From Crocinitomicaceae bacterium (GTDB taxonomy: Bacteria; Bacteroidota; Bacteroidia; Flavobacteriales_D; Crocinitomicaceae), in NCBI GenBank assembly GCA_020832365.1, contig JAFIEX010000001.1, positions 1 through 61,299 of the forward strand: a DNA stretch of 61,299 nt, in the 5' to 3' direction. Positions 19,053 through 28,567 of this stretch are shown here, one piece after another. The position numbers and the translations under genes are program-made. The notes beneath the pieces were generated by a model. The model was given only the letters and a program-made list of their open reading frames with translations, did no database searches and was not told where the DNA came from. Position 1 is the first letter of the stretch; every line of letters starts with the position of its first letter.

Positions 19053-19910
19053 CTACTTAACAGTGACTACTAAATAATTTGAAACCCTCCAAAAAGCGTT
19101 TAGGTCGTTGATGATTAATTTGTTTCCATTCCATTCGTAAGAATTGGACGGGTGGTCTGTAATTATTCTTGGTTTATCACCAACAATAGTCAATTGCTTC
19201 GTTTTGGTTTTATCCAAACTTTGGAAGTACTTCTGATTAAGGTTGTCTGCAATATTGGTCTTTTTACCTATACCTATAAAACCACCTTCTTTCATTAAAA
19301 CATTATTTGCGATCAATTCATCTAATGTGCCATAAGCAAAATAAACTTTATTTAATTCTTTCATGACATCAAGTGCTAGTTCAACTTGCTCTTGATATTG
19401 ATCTAATAAGGCAGCGTATTCCATATCAAGATTAGCAAGCATGTTTTGCAGCGCTACTATTTGTTCGTCACGCGACCGAATATCTAAAGCTAGCCTGTCA
19501 ATCATGGCTTGTAATTCCACAATTTTTATGCCTTGCTCTTGAATAGTCCCTTGCAGGCTTTTCATCTTTTTAGCATTTTCTTCTCTTAAATAGTTAAGGT
19601 TTTGAATTTGCTGTAAAACCCACTCCTTGTCGTCATTTGTTAGCTCGGGATCACTACTTTTTATTCGAATTTGATCTTGTTTCAAAGCTATTTTGGCAAG
19701 GTTGTCTTGGATTTCATTAAAAAATGCAATGGATTCATTTAAGACGGAATCTTTAATTGTTTGCTCTAACTCCATTTGCCTAATCTGATTGCGTAAAGCA
19801 ATGATTTCTGCATTTTCCAGTTCCTCAGACTCTAAGATATTCAAATCCTTATCGTTGGTGCATGATAAAACAACGAAAAATAATATACAAAACACAGAGA
19901 ACACCCTCAT
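19053..19910 (-). CDS. Hypothetical coiled-coil lipoprotein
   Basis: 285 aa with a lipoprotein signal (VLSC). About 150 aa of heptad-like Q/E/L-rich sequence, then a globular C-terminal domain. Confidence 0.5.
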   Translation of the reverse strand: MRVFSVFCILFFVVLSCTNDKDLNILESEELENAEIIALRNQIRQMELEQTIKDSVLNESIAFFNEIQDNLAKIALKQDQIRIKSSDPELTNDDKEWVLQQIQNLNYLREENAKKMKSLQGTIQEQGIKIVELQAMIDRLALDIRSRDEQIVALQNMLANLDMEYAALLDQYQEQVELALDVMKELNKVYFAYGTLDELIANNVLMKEGGFIGIGKKTNIADNLNQKYFQSLDKTKTKQLTIVGDKPRIITDHPSNSYEWNGNKLIINDLNAFWRVSNYLVVTVK

Positions 19911-20010
19911 ATAATCTATTTCTTATACGAAGATAGCACATTGAGAACAATAATTCTGATTTTTTCTACAAATTCTTTATATAGGTGATAAAAATCAGTT
20001 TATTTCGGCT

Positions 20011-21588
20011 CTAAATCTTGTTGATCTTATGAATTGATTTTCGCTGAGTATTTGCGCTTTCCGCTTTTAAAAGGTAATTGCCGCTAGCAAATGATGAAAT
20101 ATCTATAGGGATTAAGTTGTTCCCTTCTTGAATATTGAACGTTTGGCTGAAAACGTTTTTTCCTTGAGTGTCAAAAATGGCAACTTTCAATGGTTCAGCA
20201 ATATTATTTGAAGTAATTGAAAGTTGGATTTTATCTTTTGCTGGATTTGGAAAGATAATAATTGAAAAGTTATCAGTATCACAGTGTTCTCCAATGGGGC
20301 CAAAAAATTCAAATTCACCATCAAAGTCCTTTTGCAATAATCTGTAATAATTAACTTGTCCTCGGTGCGGTGTATTATCTGTGAAAGAATAATTTGATAT
20401 TTGATTGGTTGTGCCTTGTGCATCCACTGTTGCTATTGCTTCCCAATCGCTTCCATCTGCACTTCTTTCAATTTTAAAATGCATTGCATTTACTTCTGAA
20501 AGTGTTTGCCAATTTATTACGATACTTCCATTATTGGTGCATGTTGTCCAGAAATTGCTCATAATTACAGGGAGGGTGTTGGGAGCAGGAACAAGTTCCC
20601 CATCACTTAATAGCATTGCGCCTCCAGCATATCCATCGAAATTGATTTGCGAGAGCTGGGCTGTCGTTAAGGCACTTGAGTTGTTGCCGATATAAATTTT
20701 CCCAGCGGTTCCTGAGGTAGCTGCTAATCCTTGCCACCCGAAAATTGTCAATGTTGCCGATGAGTTCCAAGTGATGCCGCTGCTATTGGAGAATCTTAAC
20801 TCGTGTATATCGTTCTGAAGTTGAATATTGGAGCTGAGGTCTAGCCTTAGGTTGCCCGACGTGTTTATGATGCGATTCGTTGCGATAAAGCTAGTGCTAA
20901 GCGTACCACCATTCAAAATAAATGTAGTACTAAGTGAAGTATTTCCTACTGGGTTAAGTTGTATGGTGCCATTGTTAATTTGAGTCGCACCGCTGTAGGT
21001 GTTCCCAGCATTGGTGAAAACAGTTATACCTGTTCCATTTTTTGTAATGCTCCCTCCGGTTCCTGTAATTGGACCGTCTAAAGTAAAAATACCAGGGCCA
21101 TCGAAAACAGCGTTGTTGTTATTCAAAAATAGGTCGCTAGTAAATAACACGTTTCCCGACTGTGCCTGAAAGTCTACATTAGCTCCATCAACACCAAAAG
21201 GCACATTGAAAGTTTGTAAATTGGCAGAAGCACTGTAGAAGCCTTTGGATAGGCTTATGCCGCCTCCAGATGCTGCATTATATGTTCTGTTAATTGTTAC
21301 GGTGCTTTGTATGTTTAAATCTCGTAATTGAAAAAATGCTCCATTAACGGTCATTGGATTGTTATTGTTATGACCAATATAAACATCATTTCTAGTGAAA
21401 TCATCTGGTCGGGCTCGATTTCCATCGAATTGATAAAACCATGGATTCGCTCCATCCCACCAATTACCAGTACCAGAATTATTCCTATTAAATACATCTT
21501 GTTGTGCAGCTAAAAAGTAGGGTACAAAAACTAGCAAAGTCAAACATTTTAACTTTGCTAGTGTAATAGTATTTGGTGGAAATTTCAT
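20011..21588 (-). CDS. T9SS-secreted protein with autotransporter-associated beta-strand (PATR-like) repeats
   Basis: 525 aa with a signal peptide. Repeats of the type GTGGSITKNGTGITVFTNAGNTYSGATQINNGTIQL. C-terminal type A sorting domain (IIIFPNPAKDKIQLS...YLLKAES). Confidence 0.65.
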   Translation of the reverse strand: MKFPPNTITLAKLKCLTLLVFVPYFLAAQQDVFNRNNSGTGNWWDGANPWFYQFDGNRARPDDFTRNDVYIGHNNNNPMTVNGAFFQLRDLNIQSTVTINRTYNAASGGGISLSKGFYSASANLQTFNVPFGVDGANVDFQAQSGNVLFTSDLFLNNNNAVFDGPGIFTLDGPITGTGGSITKNGTGITVFTNAGNTYSGATQINNGTIQLNPVGNTSLSTTFILNGGTLSTSFIATNRIINTSGNLRLDLSSNIQLQNDIHELRFSNSSGITWNSSATLTIFGWQGLAATSGTAGKIYIGNNSSALTTAQLSQINFDGYAGGAMLLSDGELVPAPNTLPVIMSNFWTTCTNNGSIVINWQTLSEVNAMHFKIERSADGSDWEAIATVDAQGTTNQISNYSFTDNTPHRGQVNYYRLLQKDFDGEFEFFGPIGEHCDTDNFSIIIFPNPAKDKIQLSITSNNIAEPLKVAIFDTQGKNVFSQTFNIQEGNNLIPIDISSFASGNYLLKAESANTQRKSIHKINKI

Positions 21589-21611
21589 TTATGGTTATAA
21601 TTTCAATCCTA

Positions 21612-24362
21612 TCATTTACTTACGATGAATGGCGATACAGCAAATTGACCATCTTGCTCAACATAAAGCAAGTACTTTCCGTTGGTTAGTGCCTGTATAT
21701 CAATGTGTTGCTTGCCATTTTGTAAGTTGCTTGAAACATTCATAACGATGCTGCCATTGGTATCTAAAACTTTAATTTCAGCATGCTCTTTTTTATTGTT
21801 GATAATTAGCGTTATATGATCGGTAGCAGGGTTTGGATAGACTTTCTGAATAATATTGTTAGCATATATTTCAGAAACATTTACCGTTGAAATTATTTCT
21901 GGTTGTTCTAGTCTATCTGTCGTCCAAAGTTGATAAGCTCCAGCTTGAAGGTTGATTTGCATATTAACATTGTCCACAAAAAGACTATCGCCTGTGTAAT
22001 ATTCATACCACCAGCCTTCTTGAGTGAATCCTGCAATTGCTTGACTTTCATTCACATTAAAGTTCGTAATGACAATAGCGTCCATATCTGAATGTGTATA
22101 AATTATTCTTTTTATCATTCCATTCAGGTTGTAACTGTAATCTCCTTCTAAAAAAGTAGGATGATTTAGACGTAATTTAATACTTGCTGCATAAACATCA
22201 TAGATTTGTTTCCGTCGTGCTTCGAAGTAATAGTTCCATAAAATGGGTTTGTTACAAACACGACATGGGAAGTTGATGGAAATGTCATAACCCAGTTCAC
22301 CAAATTGCCAAATCATTTTTGGGCCAGGGGTGAAGAACATCAAAACTGCTGCTGTTTGGGCTCTTGTTAAAGCTACATCTAGCACCCTTACGTTATGGTC
22401 TGGGTTCGATTGGTTTCCATTTACTAGGGCTTCGTACATGCCTCTTTCTTCGTCATGGCTTTCGACGTAAGTGATTAAATGTGGATCATTCCATCCTCTT
22501 GCTTCATGCACACCGAAAGTTAAATTTGAACTGAATCCTTTAATAGCATTATGGTATTCCCAAGTAATATTCCCCCATAACATCATACCGTAATCAGATA
22601 GAATCTTTTCTTCTTCGTTATCACAAAAGTGTTCTAAAATGATATAAGCATCAGGATGAACAGCCCAAATTGTATCAGCCATTCTTTTGAGAATATCGAT
22701 TCTGGTTTGACTAAATAAATCCGAATTATTTACAAAACCTTTAGTAAAGTCGAAACGGTAACCATCAACCTTATATTCATTTAGCCAATAAAGGTTGATT
22801 TGGTCTATGTAATCTTCGACTACTTTTGTTTCGTGATTAATGTCATAGCCCCAACAAAATGGTTCGTGCGGACACTCCTCATTGAACCAAGGACTGTTTG
22901 CTGCGGGCCTATTGTTAGCTGCATCCCAATACATCCGAACCATTGGGGCCTGACCAAATAAATGATTTAAAACGACATCTTGTATTACGGCGATACCTCT
23001 TTCATGACAAGCGTCAACAAATGCTTTAAAATGCTCTGGTGTACCATAATATTTATCCAATGCCATGTGGAAACTGGGGTTATATCCCCAACTTTCATTA
23101 TTTTCAAATTCATTTACAGGCATAAGCTCTATGGCATTAACACCAAGCGTTACTAAATAATCTAGGGTATCAACTAAGGTTTGATAGTTGTGACTTGCTA
23201 TAAAATCTCTAACAAGCAACTCATAAATGATTAAATTTTCTTTTTTGGGTCTAACATAATTGTTGTGCTGCCAATTAAATGGCGCTGGATCAGTTTCAAA
23301 TAGTGATATAAATCCTGCTGTTTTACCAGATGGATATGGATATGGATTTGGGTAAATGTGCAGTGGAATAGCATCGTCATTAGCTGGGTCTGCTATTAAT
23401 TCACTTAGTGGGTCAGCAAACGGTTGGTTGTCCACTAAATATTGATAACCATAGCGTATTCCAGGAGAGAGGTTCCCTAATGATATCCACCAGGTAGTAA
23501 GGTCTTCAGATAAATTTAGTTGGTATTCTGGTGTAGGAATCCAGTCATTAAAGTCTCCTATAAGATAGATGTTGTCCTTTTCAGGAGCATAAAATTTATA
23601 AACAACACTATCTGGTGTTATTCTGTTGAGTCCAAATATTAATCCTTGAGGAGGATCTTGAATCGTTGGGGACTCATTAATGATGATTAATGTACTATCT
23701 TCAACTGTTTCAGTAGAAGTATTGCCAATAAACTTAACCCAGTATGAACCTGGATTACTTTCTGTAAAAGTATGAGTAATAATGTCTGTATTGGTTACTT
23801 GAGCAATGATTTGATTATCCTGAATAAATACTAGATCGGCATTTTGGTTGGTTTTAGCGACTAATTGAACTGGCTCATTCGGATTAGTTAAAACAAAGCT
23901 TTCAGGAGCAAAAAACTTTCCTAAAAAACCTGCATTTGCTGGATAGATTTCATAAAAAATATCTCCGCCATCACTTGCTCTACCAACGATAGTTCCATTT
24001 GTATTCCTAAATACAAAAGCAAGTCTTTCAACAACCGTTCCAGCTGGGAAATTGTAAAAACTAGGAATGTCAATGGTTATTTCAAACAGATTATTCCCAA
24101 GACTTGTCATGGCAACATTAGGGTCATTTGTGCCCCAATTTCCTCTAACAAATTGCCAATCCGATGGTGAGTTACTTTGGTCAGTTATTACACCAGTGTG
24201 TGCGAAAATACTTGTTACGCCTTGTAATACGCCATTTCCTTGTGCTGCATCATAGATAATAGTAATGACATCATTTTGAGTAGGAAATGCAGGGTCTACA
24301 TTTAAAATTTGCGCTTGTAAACTACCAAAAAACAAGCATAATACAACAACTAACCTTTTCAT
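21612..24362 (-). CDS. GH13 alpha-glucan hydrolase with N-terminal binding modules (CBM48-like) and a T9SS type A C-terminal domain
   Basis: GH13 regions DGYRFDFTKGF, IILEHF and YVESHDEER. C-terminal VYPNPATDHITLII...YLLYV. I start it at ATG 24362 (MKRLVVVLCLFFGSLQAQ signal peptide), not at the track's 24410. The extension would run through a terminator hairpin. Confidence 0.85.
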   Translation of the reverse strand: MKRLVVVLCLFFGSLQAQILNVDPAFPTQNDVITIIYDAAQGNGVLQGVTSIFAHTGVITDQSNSPSDWQFVRGNWGTNDPNVAMTSLGNNLFEITIDIPSFYNFPAGTVVERLAFVFRNTNGTIVGRASDGGDIFYEIYPANAGFLGKFFAPESFVLTNPNEPVQLVAKTNQNADLVFIQDNQIIAQVTNTDIITHTFTESNPGSYWVKFIGNTSTETVEDSTLIIINESPTIQDPPQGLIFGLNRITPDSVVYKFYAPEKDNIYLIGDFNDWIPTPEYQLNLSEDLTTWWISLGNLSPGIRYGYQYLVDNQPFADPLSELIADPANDDAIPLHIYPNPYPYPSGKTAGFISLFETDPAPFNWQHNNYVRPKKENLIIYELLVRDFIASHNYQTLVDTLDYLVTLGVNAIELMPVNEFENNESWGYNPSFHMALDKYYGTPEHFKAFVDACHERGIAVIQDVVLNHLFGQAPMVRMYWDAANNRPAANSPWFNEECPHEPFCWGYDINHETKVVEDYIDQINLYWLNEYKVDGYRFDFTKGFVNNSDLFSQTRIDILKRMADTIWAVHPDAYIILEHFCDNEEEKILSDYGMMLWGNITWEYHNAIKGFSSNLTFGVHEARGWNDPHLITYVESHDEERGMYEALVNGNQSNPDHNVRVLDVALTRAQTAAVLMFFTPGPKMIWQFGELGYDISINFPCRVCNKPILWNYYFEARRKQIYDVYAASIKLRLNHPTFLEGDYSYNLNGMIKRIIYTHSDMDAIVITNFNVNESQAIAGFTQEGWWYEYYTGDSLFVDNVNMQINLQAGAYQLWTTDRLEQPEIISTVNVSEIYANNIIQKVYPNPATDHITLIINNKKEHAEIKVLDTNGSIVMNVSSNLQNGKQHIDIQALTNGKYLLYVEQDGQFAVSPFIVSK

Positions 24363-24374
24363 AACTTTATTTAT

Positions 24375-24410
24375 TAAAAAATGAGGTGCCAAAATCCCTT
24401 GACACCTCAT
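24375..24410 (-). terminator. Hairpin plus U-tract after the CBM-protein gene (terminator or attenuator ahead of GH13)
   Basis: Minus strand: ATGAGGTG, a 14-nt loop, CACCTCAT, then T6. It lies 13 nt after stop 24424 and 12 nt before ATG 24362. Confidence 0.65.
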
Positions 24411-24423
24411 TTAATTTTGTTAT

Positions 24424-25122
24424 TTACTGTACATTTAATTTTCCAGTTTTAACTGCCTCGCCTGCTACAACATGATACACATAAGTTCCAGGAGCTAAGC
24501 CAGAAATATTCACTTGAATATCATTACCGTTAATCTGGGCAGCTCTAGCAACAACTCTTCCTGATAAATCGTGGATTTGAACAAACGCTGCTTCTTTAGC
24601 TTGAACACTGAAATTTACTAAATCCTTAGCTGGATTTGGATAAACGTTAAACGATGAAAATGACGCTTCATTTGTAGATAATTCAGCGCAAGATGTACAG
24701 TCGTCCCATTCAAAACAAATCGTTGTGCTTTCTGTAGGAATTACGAAAGTTCTGTTGAAACCTCCTAATCCATCTTCAACTCCGCATTCGTCTAGCGCTG
24801 GCGCCCCTTCGTTAGAGCCCCAATCACCATTTACAAATTTAAAAAGTTGTGTTTCACCAGCCGCAGCAGAAGGATAAGTCACTTCGATAGACCAATAATT
24901 ACCACCAATGTTTGTCATCTCACAAGCGGCATCTGATGGTGTCCAATCTGGAAGTGTGCTGCCAATTTCAGCAAAGTTACCTCCAATTCGAATCCCCTCT
25001 GGTGCTAAAGGAATACTTGCATCTAACATTGGTGTAATGTCAACTTGATAGGTGATTGTGATTTGTGCAAAAAGCGCTGATCCTAATATCATGCTACTTA
25101 AAAAAGTAAATGTTTTTTTCAT
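24424..25122 (-). CDS. T9SS-secreted small protein with a putative glycan-binding beta-sandwich module
   Basis: 232 aa with a signal peptide. A module of the type IRIGGNFA...NYWSIEVTYP...FKFVNGDWGSNEG resembles starch/glycogen-binding CBMs. Type A sorting domain (FNVYPNPAKDLVNF...). Confidence 0.6.
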   Translation of the reverse strand: MKKTFTFLSSMILGSALFAQITITYQVDITPMLDASIPLAPEGIRIGGNFAEIGSTLPDWTPSDAACEMTNIGGNYWSIEVTYPSAAAGETQLFKFVNGDWGSNEGAPALDECGVEDGLGGFNRTFVIPTESTTICFEWDDCTSCAELSTNEASFSSFNVYPNPAKDLVNFSVQAKEAAFVQIHDLSGRVVARAAQINGNDIQVNISGLAPGTYVYHVVAGEAVKTGKLNVQ

Positions 25123-25145
25123 AATTAATTAATTTTAAGTTTGTC

Positions 25146-25153
25146 CAAATTTA
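25146..25153 (-). promoter_or_regulatory. -7 box (TAAATTTG on the minus strand) of the CBM-protein gene
   Basis: Plus-strand CAAATTTA, 23 nt from ATG 25122. A possible -33 TTG (plus-strand CAA at 25172-25174) lies inside site C. Confidence 0.5.
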
Positions 25154-25163
25154 CAAAAAAAAA

Positions 25164-25186
25164 CTTAGTGTCAAAATGACAATGAT
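25164..25186. promoter_or_regulatory. Candidate operator, site C: CTTAGTGT-CAAAATG-ACAATGAT
   Basis: Read directly. Perfect left arm, partial right arm, with an embedded TGTCA-N3-TGACA. It lies between the divergent -7 boxes at 25146-25153 (-) and 25195-25202 (+). Confidence 0.6.
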
Positions 25187-25194
25187 ATTTTTTT

Positions 25195-25202
25195 TATATT
25201 TG
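25195..25202 (+). promoter_or_regulatory. -7 box TATATTTG of the adhesin operon
   Basis: Perfect TAnnTTTG, 64 nt before ATG 25267. Confidence 0.55.
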
Positions 25203-25266
25203 TTGTCGAAACAGTTGCCTTTTTTGTCTCTTTTAATAGGTAGAAATTGTAATATGTGCCATAATC

Positions 25267-28200
25267 ATGACATTCAGAAAGAAGAACATATTCTTATTTA
25301 TTTCAACATTGCTGGTGTGCAGCTATTTTTTTTCTCAAAACTTACTGCCAAATGGTTCTTTTGAATTGGGTGGCCCAGGCAATGGTTTTGTTGTGGATGG
25401 CGCAGGATATAATCTTGTTTCACCTCCTTTTTCTGGTGCTTCTAATAATGGTGATTTTGCTCATGTAACTAACCCCAATGATTTTAATAGTTCCTTCAAC
25501 ATTGGTGCAGACCATACTACAGGAACTGGATTTATGTTGGTTTATGATGGAAATACGACAGGTGGACAGCAACGGTTTTATAAAGCAGGTAATAATGGTG
25601 GAGGTATCTGCGGATTAACTGTTGGTCAAAGCTATACTTTTAGTTATTGGATTAAAAGTGTTTCCAATGATGTTACTAATAATGCTACTAGGGCTGATGT
25701 TGGTGTGGCATTTAATAATGTTTCAAACTTCCAATTACAATCAGGTATAACATTAGCACCGCTTCCAGCTGATGGTTGGCAGCAGGTTGTTTACTCATTC
25801 ACCCCTAGTTTTAACTGTGTTAATATTGAGCTTTTTAATAACAATACCAATGGGGCGGGTAACAATTTCGCAATTGATGATTTAGCAGTTTTTGCCCCTA
25901 CATCTCCTGTGAGTTTGACTTATTCAAAGGTGTTTGGACAATGTGCTTCTTCTGGAGGCTTTATAGCTGGGTATGCATTTAATGGAGAGGCGCCCTTTAC
26001 ATTTTCCCTTAGTGGGCCAACTAATCAGACGAGTAATACAGGATATTTTTCAGGACTGCCAGATGGCACCTATAATTTAACTGTGCAAGATAACCTGGGC
26101 GACCAAGAAGTTATTTCTAACATTGTTCTTCAAAGTGTTAATACAGGGGCTTTTTTCTTAAATGCGAATTCCACTATTTGCTTGGGAGACACCTTGATTT
26201 TAGAAGCTAGCGGTGGAAATGGGAACTACTCATGGAGCAGTAATCCGAATGACCCAAGCTTTTTATTGATCAATGATTCAATAGCTCAAGTAGCTCCCTC
26301 ACAAAATACAACATACGCTTTAGGAGGTATAGGCGCTAACAGTAATTTGATTTTTAACCCATCTTTTGGATTGGGTAATAGTGGCTTTTATTCAGATTAT
26401 TTTATTTCGTCAAGCAATCCATCAGGAGCACAAGGAGTTGTTGGAGTTGCAAGTGATCCAAGTTTGTTTTTTAATCAATTTGACAACTGTACCGATCAAG
26501 ACGGTAACGATGCGATGCTTGTTGTGGATGGAGCAACATTCAACACGCCAACTGCTATTGTTTGGAAACAAGCTGTTCCGGTTATACCGAATACAACTTA
26601 TTCGTTTTCTTATTGGGCAACCAGTGTTACAAATAATAATCCGGCAGAGCTTCGCAGCTCCATTAATGGTGTAATTCAAAATACCACCACATTATCTAAT
26701 ACAACTTGCAATTGGCAACAAATAACTTTCAATTGGAACTCTGGTAACGATACAATTGCCATTATTGACATCAACAACCTAAACTTTGAGGCTGCGGGCA
26801 ATGATTTTGCACTTGATAATTTTAGTTTTACTGGCGCTACGAACTGCAACTTAACAATTGAAGTGGTAACTCCTCAAAATTTAATTATTGCTGCTTCAAA
26901 TGCTCCAGTTTGCGCGGGTGATTCAATCGTGCTAACAAGTAATGCCCTTGGAACGGCTGATTGGATTTTGCCATCAGGTGCAACACAACAAGCCTCCGAT
27001 ATTACCTTGTCAAATGTCTCCTTGGCTGATCAAGGTCTTTACGAGGTAATTGCCCTGGATTCAAATCAATGTCAAGCACAAGGAACATTTATTTTGGATG
27101 TTTTTCAGGGGCCCACAATTACATTAACTACTGAGGATGTTCAGTGTTTTGGAGGGAGCAATGGTGAAGCAGAGGCCACTGTGGTTGGCGCAAACCCTTT
27201 TTCCTTTTTGTGGTCTGCAGGAGGCACAGCCAATATCACGCAAGGATTGTCAGCTGGCAGCTATACGCTTGAAGTAACTGACGATAATGGTTGTATATCA
27301 AATGCAGCTTTTGAAATAATCGAGCCTGATAGTTTAGTCTTAAATATCATAATAAATGATTCTGACTGTCTAATACCTGATGGATCTGCCGAAGTGATTG
27401 TTAATGGAGGAGTTCCTAATTATGAGTTTGATTGGTCAACAGGAGGAACAGGACAGATAGAAACTAGCTTAGGACAGGGGAGTTATGCGCTAACTGTTAC
27501 CGATGGAAATGGATGTTCGGTGACTGATTCTTTTACCGTTAATGCAGCCAATGCGCCTGATGTGAGCTTAGTGAGTGTTCAAGATGTTTTATGTTTTGGT
27601 GATGCAACGGGTAACGCAGAAATTCAAGTGACTGGTGGGCAAACTCCTTATCTTGTTGAATGGTCAGCATCAGGACAATTTGGTAATTTTTTAGAAAATG
27701 TGCTTGCTGGAAATTATGTGGCTACGATTACAGATGATAATGGCTGTGAAATAAGTTTTTCAGTTGAAATAACACAACCTAACCCTATTAATCCGACAGT
27801 AGAAATTAAAGATTCGGAATGTGGTTTGAATAACGGTCAAATCTCAATTGATTTAGCAGGAGGGACTCCAACTTTTACTTATGAATGGATACCTGCTGTA
27901 AGTAATACGAATATGGCAAACAATTTGTCAGCCGATGATTACCAAGTCGTTATTTTGGATGCCAATGATTGCGAAACGATTATCAATGTTACTGTTGGCT
28001 TGGTGGGGAATATTCCTCTAAGTATTGCGCCTAATAATGTAACGATTGAGGAGGGAGATAATATACAACTCACAGCAGATATTGGTGGAATAACGCATTT
28101 CTCCGTGATTTGGTCACCCGAATCTGGATTGAGTTGCACGGATTGTTTAAATCCGATTGCAAGTCCAACTGAAACCACAACGTATTTAGTCATTATAAAT

Positions 28201-28527
28201 ACGCCAGACGGTTGCCAAATACAAGATTCTGTCACGGTTTTTGTTGAAGAAGCTTGTGAGGAGATTCAAGCACCAACAATTTTCTCTCCAAATGGGGATG
28301 GCAATAATGATTTTTTTTGCCTATTTGGAACTTGTATCGAAAATTTGGAATTTACCATCTACAATAGATGGGGGGAAGAAATTTTTAAAACCAATGACCC
28401 AGTGGTTTGTTGGGATGGAACGTTTAAAGGAGCGCTGTTAAATAGTGGTGTTTATGTCTATCAGGTGATTGCATCTGTCAAAGGACAAAGAGTTGTGCAA
28501 TCAGGAAATGTTACTTTGGTGAGGTAG
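25267..28527 (+). CDS. Large cell-surface adhesin: two CBM-like jelly-roll modules, SprB repeats, Ig-like domains and a T9SS type B (gliding-motility) C-terminal domain
   Basis: 1086 aa. NGSFELG...NNFAIDDLAVF and NPSFGLGN...GNDFALDNFSFTG modules. Four CFGG/SNGEA...TDDNGC SprB-type repeats. C-terminus PTIFSPNGDGNNDFF...IYNRWGEEIF...WDGTFKG...GVYVYQV. Confidence 0.8.
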   Translation: MTFRKKNIFLFISTLLVCSYFFSQNLLPNGSFELGGPGNGFVVDGAGYNLVSPPFSGASNNGDFAHVTNPNDFNSSFNIGADHTTGTGFMLVYDGNTTGGQQRFYKAGNNGGGICGLTVGQSYTFSYWIKSVSNDVTNNATRADVGVAFNNVSNFQLQSGITLAPLPADGWQQVVYSFTPSFNCVNIELFNNNTNGAGNNFAIDDLAVFAPTSPVSLTYSKVFGQCASSGGFIAGYAFNGEAPFTFSLSGPTNQTSNTGYFSGLPDGTYNLTVQDNLGDQEVISNIVLQSVNTGAFFLNANSTICLGDTLILEASGGNGNYSWSSNPNDPSFLLINDSIAQVAPSQNTTYALGGIGANSNLIFNPSFGLGNSGFYSDYFISSSNPSGAQGVVGVASDPSLFFNQFDNCTDQDGNDAMLVVDGATFNTPTAIVWKQAVPVIPNTTYSFSYWATSVTNNNPAELRSSINGVIQNTTTLSNTTCNWQQITFNWNSGNDTIAIIDINNLNFEAAGNDFALDNFSFTGATNCNLTIEVVTPQNLIIAASNAPVCAGDSIVLTSNALGTADWILPSGATQQASDITLSNVSLADQGLYEVIALDSNQCQAQGTFILDVFQGPTITLTTEDVQCFGGSNGEAEATVVGANPFSFLWSAGGTANITQGLSAGSYTLEVTDDNGCISNAAFEIIEPDSLVLNIIINDSDCLIPDGSAEVIVNGGVPNYEFDWSTGGTGQIETSLGQGSYALTVTDGNGCSVTDSFTVNAANAPDVSLVSVQDVLCFGDATGNAEIQVTGGQTPYLVEWSASGQFGNFLENVLAGNYVATITDDNGCEISFSVEITQPNPINPTVEIKDSECGLNNGQISIDLAGGTPTFTYEWIPAVSNTNMANNLSADDYQVVILDANDCETIINVTVGLVGNIPLSIAPNNVTIEEGDNIQLTADIGGITHFSVIWSPESGLSCTDCLNPIASPTETTTYLVIINTPDGCQIQDSVTVFVEEACEEIQAPTIFSPNGDGNNDFFCLFGTCIENLEFTIYNRWGEEIFKTNDPVVCWDGTFKGALLNSGVYVYQVIASVKGQRVVQSGNVTLVR

Positions 28528-28567
28528 CAATTGAATTGAATTAAACGAAAACATAATAGTTAGAAAA

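Noticed and set aside
24363-24410. The 16-codon N-terminal extension of the GH13 ORF (track start 24410).
   Set aside because: The extension would be translated through the terminator hairpin. Met17 begins a canonical signal peptide (MKRLVVVLCLFFGSLQAQ).
25176-25364. A 62-aa ORF spanning the divergent promoter and the start of the adhesin gene.
   Set aside because: It overlaps operator site C, the -7 box and the adhesin signal-peptide region in another frame. It has no coding features.
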